Shown here: in pieces, positions 22,713 to 32,122 of the stretch
Numbering within the stretch: position 1 is the first letter of the stretch
Layout of the letters: each line of letters starts with the position of its first letter
From: Macrostomum lignano
Taxonomy: Eukaryota
Assembly: GCA_002269645.1 (NCBI GenBank)
Contig: NIVC01003386.1
Location: 1-32,122, forward strand
Direction of reading: 5' to 3'
DNA length: 32,122 nucleotides
The notes under the pieces: generated by a model
The model's database searches: none
Seen by the model: the letters and a program-made list of their open reading frames with translations, nothing else
What the model was told of the DNA's origin: nothing
Translations under genes and position numbers: made by a program

Positions 22713-23748
22713 TTCTTCCCATATCTGCAGCGAGAGTTCCAAAACTTGGTCTTTGTCGCTCCTTCTTCGATGCCCCTCAGCCAGCTAGTGCGAGGCCTCT
22801 ATAGGAAGTTCGCATCCCAAATATTTCCGTGGATTTCTCCCAATCCAAAGTCCCGAATGGGATTTTTCCGGGAGGGCTGCTCCTGCTTTGGGATTTGCTT
22901 GAACTAGGGGAGCACGGGCTTCACTATATTCATGGGGGATGTGGCGGGCTGCTGGCGATGACTCATCAGCCATCGCAATTGGCGCTTTCATTTCTTCCCC
23001 TCGTATTTTCTTCCCCCAAAAATCCTCGCGCCGATCGAAACGGGCAAATTCCAAAATCGAACTCCACGATGGGGAAGAGAGATGGGGGGTTGGGCGTGGA
23101 GGCGGAATGAGGCTGTCAGGTCAACCGGAGTTCAAGGCTGCGGCCGCTGCGCTCCCGCCACTGGCTGCTTTCTCCTGTCGTCTCTCTTATTTTGATCTTC
23201 ATCTCCCAGCCTCCCAGTCCTTTAGCCCATGGCCCGCATACCCGAAGGCTTCCCCAAAACTGTGTCCTCGCCGCCCGCCAGGCACTGCAGGTGTCACTCT
23301 ATGCCCGTCCCCCCGAGCCAGCTAAGCAGACGGGCTGCCTCCCACACAATGCCAGGCCTTCCTTGCCCAGATCTTCTCCCTAACTCTCTTCTCTCTCTTC
23401 TAGGGCCTCTGGCTGAATGGGGGGGGGGATTACGTAACCCCGCAGCGAAGTGGGACCCGCGCCAGCCCCCCCGCCAGTCCTTCAATTCCACGGCGTCATG
23501 TGACACTGTTCAGCAGCTCTCCCCTCGTCCTCTCGGCTCTGCGTGCCTCCTCCAATGCGCCCTTGAACTGCCCGTCCGCTCTTCCCAACTTGGCTTCCCA
23601 ATTCTGGCACTAACTTCGACCGAATTTCCCACAGCTCATTTAGACTGGGGGTCGGGAAAAGTGCGCAGGCACTGAGACAGCGATGGTGGCCTGGAAATAT
23701 CCTTCCTGGAAGAATCCTTGGAAAATCTGTCATTTTGCCGGCTTAGGT

Positions 23749-24055
23749 AATAATACTATAATAATTGATTACACCGCCCTAATATGCAGATGTGCAACCG
23801 ACAGCTCAGCCGCAGCTATTGCGCGGCGCATCTGAAGGCTGCGTACGGCTGTTCAGTTCAAGGACTGGGGGGTCGCCACACACAGCCTCAATTACCCCAG
23901 CTAATGCTGGCACCCATTTTACAGCTGGGTGAACTGAAGCAATGCAGAGTTAAGTGTCTTGCTCAAGGACACAAATAGTTTCAAAAGGGATCGGGAATCG
24001 AACCCCCGACCTTCAGGTGAGTCCGACGCTCTGACCACTAGGATACAACCGCCTC
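23749..24055 (-). mobile_element. tRNA-derived SINE with CORE-like central domain
   Basis: Minus strand: A-box-like CCTAGTGGTCAGAGC and B-box GGTTCGATTCCC, then GTGTCCTTGAGCAAGACACTTAACTC...CTTCAGTTCACCCAGCTGTAAAATGGG, resembling the MIR/CORE consensus (GTGACCTTGGGCAAGTTACTTAAC...CTCAGTTTCCTCATCTGTAAAATGGG). Ends in an ATT-rich tail. Confidence 0.8.
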
Positions 24056-25083
24056 TGGCTGAGATGGCTGAGGCTGAGCAAACAAAAATTATTTTCTATC
24101 ATTGTTATTTTCTGTTATTCTTTTACCAGCAACACCAGGAGAAGGGCACAGAATGTATAGCTGGTGGCGGCTGATGAATTTTCGGTTGGGTGGGAATGCT
24201 AATTTTAGCGAGTTCAGTTGGAAACTCAGGTATTAATAGAACGGCATAACAAGCCTTTAAAGCCAAAACGGGCGTAAAGGAAGAAGTAAAATTAGCAACA
24301 GTTTTATGACTTCTTCGCTTTGTCAGCACCAAGATTCGGAGCTGGCCGGCTTTCGATGCTTCAAACAAACGGAACTGAGGTTGGGGGTATGTATAAACAC
24401 GAATCCTAAAAGCCTCAAAAAGCCGGCCTGGCAACATGAAATTAAAGTTGGGGCGTCTGTCTCTGTCTTGGAGTCGCAACCAGCAACTTATTCATCTAAG
24501 TCGACGGGGTATTTTTAGCCAAGCACAAAATTTCCCAAAGTGTACGCTGGTATACGCAAGGATTTTAATTATATCTGATTTAAAATCCGAGTGGTTTGCG
24601 ACCCCCTCCCATGCCCTGAATTTGCATCTGGCAAATCGCCAAACTAATGGGGGGCTTGAAATCTTGTGAAATCAGAGCCGGGCCCCAGTGCAGTTTTGCA
24701 GTTGGTATTTCTCTCCTCTCCGCTTTCTGATTAAAGAAGAGTTCCTTCGTTACTCAGCCCCGCCGCCCATTCTCATTGAGGCAATTTCGATACAGTCCTG
24801 CTTGAACTCTCTAACCCCGTATTATTTAATAAGCCCGCGAGCAAACGGCCGACCCAGAAGGAGGACGCGACGCGATGCTTCCGCAGCTTTTCTGCTTTTC
24901 AAAAGATTTGCATTCCGTCTTATTTTTTACTCCCATTTTTCTCGCAGTCTTTTGAAGGCATTTCCGACTTGTTTTTTAGTAAAGGTATAAAAACCGGTTG
25001 CGTGCCTAATTATATTCAGGACACATTCTGCTTCTTCATACCCCCAATCGAACTGAAGAGTTTTCTCAAACCTTTATGCAGCG

Positions 25084-25740
25084 TTGTGAAACTTCAAGGT
25101 TGTGAAAATTTGGGGTTGTGAAACTTTGGGGTTGTGAACTTTGGGATTGTGAAACTTTGGGGTTGTGAACTTTGGGGTTGTGAAACTTTGGGATTGTGAA
25201 ACTTTGGGGTTGTGAAACTTTGGGGTTGTGAAACTTTGGGATTGTGAAACTTTGGGGTTGTGAAACTTTGGGATTGTGAAACTTTGGGATTGTGAAACTT
25301 TGGGGTTGTGAAACTTTGGGTTGTGAAACTTTGGGGTTGTGAAACTTTGGGGTTGTGAAACTTTGGGATTGTGAAACTGAGGTTGTGAAACTTTAGGGTT
25401 GTGAAACTTTGGGGTTGTGAAACTTTGGGATTGTGAAACTGAGGCTGTGAAACTTTGGGGTTGTGAAACTTTGGGATTGTGAAACTGAGGCTGTGAAACT
25501 TTGGGGTTGTGAAACTTTAGGGTTGTGAAACTTTGAGCTTGTGGAACTTTGGGTTGTGAAACTTTGGGATTGTGAAACTGAGGCTGTGAGACTTTGGGGT
25601 TGTGAAACTTTGGGATTGTGAAACTTTGGAGTTGTGAAACTTTGGGATTGTGGAACTTAGGGTTGTGAAACTTTGGGGTTGTGAAACTTTGGGGTTGTGA
25701 AACTTTGGGGTTGTGAAACTTTGGGGTTGTGAAGCTTTGG
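25084..25740. repeat. 16-bp minisatellite, about 40 copies
   Basis: Unit TTGTGAAACTTTGGG(G/A). Confidence 0.95.
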
Positions 25741-26906
25741 TTTTGTGAAGTTTATGGATTTAAAAATTTCAGGATTGTAAAATTCTGTGGTTATACTCGT
25801 ATTGTGGAGTTTATGAATTCTTTGTGAAGTTTGTGAAGCTTGGGAATAGTGAATTCAATATCTGAATATTGAGGCTGTGGAACTTGCAGGCCTATACTCA
25901 GTTCAGGTGAATTGGCAACTCGGTCATCAATCGATTATAAAAAGCAGGTGCAGGTTCCCCTCTGCAGGCAGCACAGACCCGGGGCTGCTGGGATAACCGA
26001 TGGGGACCCAAAGATAGATGGCATTTCCCTCTAATATTGGCTGTTCGGCGGGACGGCAATTATCCACGATCCTCGAACACACAGAGAAGCCCGGCCCATC
26101 TGTCGCAGGGATATTTTAATGAATTTCTTTCGGCTCATTCGGCTCCAACCCCAACCCCAGATAGGGGTGGGGGGCAGCCTTTGTTCTCCAGTTCACCCAG
26201 TTTTAATAAGCGCACTGCGATTAAAAGCCAATCACGAATTTTCCTTTAAAAATTCCGACAGCCTACTTGCAGTAGTGCTAAAAGAATTTTAGTTCGCGTT
26301 CGAATGAATAGAAAAAAACGCAATGGTTAAAAAGTACACCGTGCTATAACTTGCTGCAAAACTGCACACTTTTCTAACAGTAAAATCAATATTTTTAGCA
26401 GCCTATCTATTAAAAGCGTTCTGCTTGGAAAAGTACAAACTAAAGTAATAAAGTACACAGGCATACTTAAAATGGGCGACTTCATTTCACTACTATCTGG
26501 GCCATTGCTTATAACACTTAAGCCAATTCCATGATCGCTAACTACACGTTTGACAGCAGATTTAACAATTTTTTATGTACTTTACCGATTGCTGATGTAC
26601 TTTAAAAGCAAATTTTTGCTTTTGTGTTTTCCCAGACACTTACTTTGAGAAACGCATGCAGACTTGTAGATATGACTCACAAGGCCCTACATCGTACCAG
26701 CAAGAAATTGGCCCGTATGGCTGAGCTACGAACTAAACCCTTCTCATAGTAAGCTTTGAAAGAACGGCTAACATGGCGACTCCTAATTATCGGCCTTGGG
26801 ACCACAGTAACCCGCTAGTGCTACTCAGAGCCTAACGAACTCTGCGCACTGACAAAAACAGCAATGGCAGTCTCTCCGATCAGCACTATTCAAGCCAGTC
26901 TGTCCG

Positions 26907-27506
26907 TCATCTCTGCTGGTCGCCCATCCGGCCGCCGCCGACGCAGCCGCCGGCGCCGCCGCTTCCTCCGATCGGCACAACGTCGACATTGAGGCCCCGC
27001 CGGCCGCAGGCGATGCAGCGGTGCTCGTGCACCGGCGGCGCGGGCGGCAGGTTCAGGCCAACCACCTGGGTCTGGCCGTTGCAGTTCGGCAGCAGGGTGC
27101 CCGCGGGCGGTCGCCAGCCGGCGCCAGACGCCGACGTCGACGACGACAAAGCTGCGGCGGTCGCAGCGGCTCCGCCCGACGCCGCCATAGTGTCCTGAGC
27201 CTGCGGCCGCATGTCACCAACCCAGACATGCAGCTGGAGGCCGGCGTTGGTGTACAGGGTGGTCCAGCCCAGCGGCGGCGGCACATAAGCGATGCTGCAG
27301 CCCAGAGGCCCAGGTGGATCCCGGACGTCCCACAGCAGCAGGCCGGGGAAGGGCCGCAGCATCCGCTCGCCGGGGTACAGATTGGCCTCCAGCGGGTAGA
27401 AATTGTGCAGAGCCCCGGCCGAGGCGGCCCGCTCGACCTCGTCGCTCTCGCACATCTCATCGTCGAGGCTGGCGCACCAGCAGTCCGGTTGAGGGAAGTG
27501 CGCCAT
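26907..27506 (-). CDS. Intronless orphan protein, 199 aa
   Basis: ATG in CCCATGG context. The ORF coincides with a GC-rich island in AT-rich flanks and has C/G-ending codon bias like the neighbouring true exons. No family recognised. Confidence 0.55.
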   Translation of the reverse strand: MAHFPQPDCWCASLDDEMCESDEVERAASAGALHNFYPLEANLYPGERMLRPFPGLLLWDVRDPPGPLGCSIAYVPPPLGWTTLYTNAGLQLHVWVGDMRPQAQDTMAASGGAAATAAALSSSTSASGAGWRPPAGTLLPNCNGQTQVVGLNLPPAPPVHEHRCIACGRRGLNVDVVPIGGSGGAGGCVGGGRMGDQQR

Positions 27507-27761
27507 GGGACGGTGCGGTGATGGGCTGGCTGTTGATGACTGATCTGTTTGAGTCCTTTCTCAGATCTGATTGCACTCGTTGGTCAGACAAACTACTGAA
27601 TCGATACTTTCTAGCGAATATAAGACCTACGCGACATATTAGGGAAATTGGAACAGCACTTTGTCTATGGGATAAAAGTAAGTTCCGCCAAATATAAAGC
27701 TGATACTATAGTCCGGGTGACGTTTGAAAAATAGTAAGCAACAACAAAGCGATATGATGGG

Positions 27762-28520
27762 GAGACAATGAAGCTGGATGACGAGACAGCGGAGCTCGAT
27801 GAGGAGACTGCGAAGCTCGGTGGGGAGACAGCGGAGCTCGATGGGGAGACAGCGGAGCTCGATGGGGAGACAGCGGAGCTCGATGGGGAGACAGCGGAGC
27901 TCTTATCGGGGGAAGGGGAGATCGGGGAGGAGACAGCGGAGCTCGATGGGGAGACAGCGGAGCTCGATTGGGAGAAAGCGGAGCTCGATGGGGAGACAGC
28001 GGAGCTCGATGGGCAGACAGCGGAGCTCGATGGGGAGACAGCGGAGCTCGATGGGGAGACAGCGGAGCTCTTATCGGGGGAAGGGGAGATCGGGGAGGAG
28101 ACAGCGGAGCTCGATGAGGAGACTGCGAAGCTCGGTGGGGAGACAGCGGAGCTCTTATCGGGGGAAGGGTGGAGCTCGATGGGGAGACAGCGGAGCTCGA
28201 TGGGGAGACAGCGGAGCTCGATGGGGAGAAAGCGGAGCTCGATGGGGAGACAGCGGAGCTCGATGGGCAGACAGCGGAGCTCGATGGGGAGACAGCGGAG
28301 CTCGATGGGGAGACAGCGGAGCTCGATGGGGAGAAAGCGGAGCTCGATGGGCAGACGGCGGAGCTCGATGGGTGAAGGGGAAATCGGTGAGGAGACAGCG
28401 GAGCTCGACAAGAAGAAGGGGAGCTCGATGGGGAGTCAGCGGAGCTCGACAAGGAGAAGGGGAGCTCGATGAGGGGACAGCGGAGCTCGGTGGGCAGACA
28501 GCGGAGCTCGATGGGGAGAC
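27762..28520. repeat. 21-bp purine-rich minisatellite with higher-order block duplications
   Basis: Unit GAGACAGCGGAGCTCGATGGG; the interruption block CTTATCGGGGGAAGGGGAGATCGGGGAG recurs. Confidence 0.93.
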
Positions 28521-28611
28521 AAAGCCAGTGTGGCAAGTAAAAATTTAACAGTGCAGGCTGCCTTTGCTGGAAGTGCTGTGATTGGCCCGCGCAAAAGAAT
28601 TGTAGCAGTGC

Positions 28612-30881
28612 ATGTCATGTCGGCGCTCCGTCTTCTCTGCCAGCTATTTGAAGCAGCAGAAGGCAGTGCAGACCCAGCCGCATCGCATTATCATGCAGCA
28701 GGCCGATCTCGCATCCCGCATGCACGCGGCCGTCCAGCTGGACGATGCTGACGCCCTTGAAAAGCTTTTGCGTAGCGGCGGCGATCCCAACGCGCCCTGC
28801 GCAGCTTGCGAGGAGGCCGGCGTCATCGGGCGCCGTTGCCGGCGCCGCCTGCTGCACGCGGCCGTGTCGCCTGAGTGCCGGCCGGCCTGTCTGCGCCTTT
28901 TACTAGCCAGCGGCGCCGACCCAGACCTCACCGACGCTGATGAAGATCGCGGCAGCAGCGGTGATAACGAAAGCTTCGAATATAATGGCGAAGATGTCGG
29001 CGAGACGCCGCTGCACACGGCAGCCGAGAGCTGCCACAGCGGCGACGCACCCTGCCTGCTCGCCCTGCTCGCCGCCGGTGCCGACTGCTGGGCGACTGAC
29101 GCCGATGGCGACAACCCGCTGCATCGCGCCTGCCTGGCCGGCAACAATTCTGCCGCGGCAGCTCTGCTGGCGGCGGAACCGCGGCTGGCTTGCTGCCCCA
29201 CCATCGGGCTCGGCCTCGGGAAAATCACTTGCCTGCACGTGGCCGCGGCCGCCGGCAACGCTGAGCTGCTGCAGCTGCTGCTGCGTTGCGGCGCCGACCA
29301 CCTGGCTCTGGACGGGCGAGGCCGGGCGCCGGTTGACATCCTGCTGGTTGGCCGCGACACCGATGGCCTGGACTGCCTTGGCCGGCGCCTGGCTGCCCCC
29401 CTGCGGCCGGGCCTGCGACGGGGCCAGACCGCCAGCGACCTGCTCTCCAGCCGACCCGGCCGCGCCTACCTGGCCCAGCTGCTGAGCATCGACACAGGCA
29501 CCGCCTTTGACGGGGAGACGCCGTTCCGGCCGAGCGACCGGGTCTGTAAGGAGCGGCTCGCCGGTCTGGAGGCGGTCGCCAGCGAGCGGGGAATGTCGAG
29601 CCAGCGGCTGGTCGACGCCTTGGTCGACGCGCATCAGCTGGGCCTGACGCCCGATCTAGAGCTGGCGGACTCGGCCGGCCTGGTTGGCCGACTGGCCGGT
29701 CGTGTCGGCCGACTCGTCCTTTTGACGCAGGAAGCTGGCCAGCTGAGGCGGCTGACCGCCTGCAGGCGTCTCTGGCTGCTGCTGGCCGCCCGGCTCCGAC
29801 TGCGCATCCGCCAGCTGTACTCGGTGGCCCTCCGCTACCGCAAGGCGACGGTCTCTGGGTCGTCCGCCGCTGCGGCTGCCTCGGCTTCTGTTGTCGGTGG
29901 GCCGTGTCAGGCGATTCGCCGGGAGCTGGCCGCCGGCTCCCCTGACGGCCGCTGGCGCGTGGAGGCCGGCCGGCTGAACCGGGCGGTGGCCCGGCTGACC
30001 GGCTTCGAGCGGTTCCGCTCCCGCGAGCCGGTGTTCCCTCGTGAGATCGACGCCGTCGGGGCGCTGCGCGATCCGCTGCAGTCGCTGACCACCTGGGCGG
30101 TGCTGACAGGTCGCCTGCGGCTGGTGACGGTGCTGCTACGCCAGGAGGAGTTCGACATGGTGCCGCTGGCGCTGCTCTCTGCCACGCTGCTCCGCGCCCT
30201 GGCTCGCCGGCCGGAGGTGGACAACGTGTTCGCCGAGGCCGCAGCCCGCGTCGCCGGCATCTGCGAGTCCTTGGCGGTGCGGACGCTGCGCGCGGTGAAA
30301 GACGTCGACAGCTCTGTGGGCAACTGCCTGACCATCAGCTTCATCAGCCAGCCACTGCCCAACTACGCCGACTACACGGTGCTTGACTTGGCCGCCATCG
30401 GCTGCGTCACCAGCCTCGTCAAGCTGGACATCGCCGAGCTGGCCACGGACATGCGCTGGTATGGCGAGTTCTTTAACAGTCGCTCCCTGCCCGGCCAGTC
30501 GTTGTTTGTTCGCGAGCTGCTCATCGCCTGCGGCTTCCTGCCGCCGCTGCTGCCCTTCCTGCCGCGCCTGCTGCGTCGGCTGAATGATCCGGAGAAGAGG
30601 CGCTTCCTGGACAAAATGCTGGGCGACTCGGATGGCGAGGGCAACGACGACGGTGTTGAAGAGGATGAGCTCGCTAACGCCGATGAGGAAGAGTCTGTCG
30701 AGAATAACTCGTCAATCGGCCGCCGCCGCCGCATCCACCCGGCTGGTGCTCAGAGCTTCGGGCCTGCGCCGCCGACCTGCACCGCTTCTACGACACTCCG
30801 TGCGTGAAGTTCCGCGCCAGCGTAGCGTTCTACTTTGCAACCGTGACCATGCTGTCGCTGATGATTTTGCACGACTTTCAG
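28612..30881 (+). CDS. Ankyrin-repeat TRP channel with TRPM-like body, exon 1 (-1 frameshift near 30740)
   Basis: About 5 ankyrin repeats (e.g. GETPLHTAA...LLAAGAD, GDNPLHRAC, TCLHVAAAAGNAELLQLLLRCGAD). TRPM MHR4-like WAVLTGR...LALLSATLLRALA and LPNYADYTVLDLA...WYG. After the shift: FYDTPCVKF plus S1. Donor CAG|GTGAGA. ATG at 28612 (alternative 28693). Confidence 0.8.
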
Positions 30882-31042
30882 GTGAGACAGTTTTACTTAT
30901 TGGCGTGATGGCAGATTGTTTGGCATGCGGCTGAGCTGACGGCAAGAAGGTGCCGAAAAGAGTTGCATTCTTCCACGTTTATTTCCTGCTAAAGCAAAGA
31001 TAAGGAGGGCTGAATAGATAAAAGGTTTTCGGCACCACGCAG

Positions 31043-31583
31043 GGTGACGTCAGCAGCCTGGAGGTGGCGAGCTACTTGGCCATGCTGGGCGTTCTGGCCG
31101 AGGAGCTTCGCGAGCTGGTCGCATGTTATCACCGGGGCGTGCTCGCCACCTACCTCTCCGACGGCTGGAACATCTTGGACTTGGTGGCTGTCACCTGCGG
31201 CTTGATCGCTTTCGTCTCTCGCCGCTTCAGCTCGAGCGATTGGGACTTGCTTGGCACCCTGATGCCGGACCACGAGCGCCGCTCCCGCAGCGTCGGATAC
31301 ATCTTCGTGGTAGCGGCCACCCTCATCTTCTGGCTGCGCATCCTGTTCGTCTCGGTCGTGCTGGAGTCTGTCGGCGTCAAGCTCAAAATGCTGTCCCAGG
31401 TCATCCGGCGCGACTTCATCCCGTTCCTGTACATCTTGGCTGTGGTCATGGCCGGCTTCGGGATCGCCTTCGCCGCTCTGCTCTGGCCGGGCGCCGCCTA
31501 CCACCGGAACGGCAGAAGTGTGAACATCCCGCCTGCCGAGCTGGCGGTGGCCATCATCAGGAGGACATTTTATGCCATTGTGG
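31043..31583 (+). CDS. TRP channel exon 2 (S2-S5 and pore helix)
   Basis: Acceptor CACGCAG|GGT, phase 0. Contains EELREL (S2), DGWNILDLVAV (S3), FWLRIL (S4) and DFIPFLYILAVVMAGFGIA...LLWP (S5). Donor GTGG|GTAAGT, phase 1. Confidence 0.88.
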
Positions 31584-31635
31584 GTAAGTAGCTGCGGACA
31601 CACTGGAGGCTAGGCAACAGGGGCTTTTGGTTAAA

Positions 31636-31920
31636 TTGGATTGGATTGGATTGGATTGGATTGGATTGGATTGGATTGGATTGGATTGGATTGGATTGGA
31701 TTAGATTGGATTGGATTGGATTGGATTGGATTGGATTGGGTTGGATTGATTGGATTGGATTGGATTGGATTAGATTGGATTGGATTAGATTGGATTGGAT
31801 TAGATTGGATTGGATTGGGTTGGATTAGATTGGATTGGATTGGGTTGGATTGATTGTATTGGGTTGGATTATATTGGGTTGGATTGGATTGGATTGGATT
31901 GGATTATATTGGGTTGGGTT
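31636..31920. repeat. (TTGGA)n pentanucleotide microsatellite in TRP intron 2
   Basis: Direct reading of tandem TTGGA with TTAGA/TTGGG variants. Confidence 0.95.
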
Positions 31921-31936
31921 ATAACTCCCCTCGCAG

Positions 31937-32122
31937 GCGAATACGGCCTGGACGAACTCGAAAACGTGTGCGACTACAGCCCCAGCGACGGCAACGACAC
32001 CTCCGCGCCGGATGGCGCTAGCATGTGCGTGGCGCACCCGGCAGCGACCTGGTGCACTACATCCTGCTAGTCCTATAACATCGCCATCGTACAGATCCTG
32101 CCTCCTGAACGTGATCGTGGCG
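31937..32122 (+). CDS. TRP channel exon 3 (pore loop and S6), partial, with apparent indels
   Basis: Acceptor CTCGCAG|GC gives GEYGLDE...C...C..HP. S6-like VHYILLV / YNIAIVQIL / LLNVIVA is recovered only across three frame changes. Runs off the window end. Confidence 0.7.

Noticed and set aside
23990-24055. tRNA gene
   Set aside because: Has A and B boxes but no paired acceptor stem or proper anticodon arm, and continues into a SINE body.
31641-31853. (WIGLD)n ORFs
   Set aside because: Translation of the TTGGA microsatellite inside a GT-AG intron.

Overview
Eukaryotic (animal) genomic DNA with GC-rich exons, AT-rich spacers and about ten unrelated minisatellite arrays. The style resembles the flatworm Macrostomum, but that is inference only. 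Four spliced genes can be rebuilt with GT-AG introns and matching phases: (1) a divergent MO25/CAB39 (+, 5 exons, 1428-5060) with an in-frame TAG in exon 1; (2) SPO11 (-, 2 exons, 7131-9253); (3) a MEX3-like two-KH-domain gene (+, 3 exons, 11357-13874) with a 1-nt frameshift and no visible RING; (4) a TRP channel (+, 28612 to the window end) whose first exon joins ankyrin repeats to a TRPM-type MHR4 and transmembrane region, an atypical architecture and the most interesting item here. There is also an intronless GC-rich orphan ORF (-, 26907-27506), a tRNA-derived CORE-like SINE and a possible Helentron/DINE-like element. Most long ORFs in the track are translations of tandem repeats. Several 1-nt frameshifts sit at short homopolymers and may be consensus errors. 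Family assignments rest on motif recall; no searches were run.
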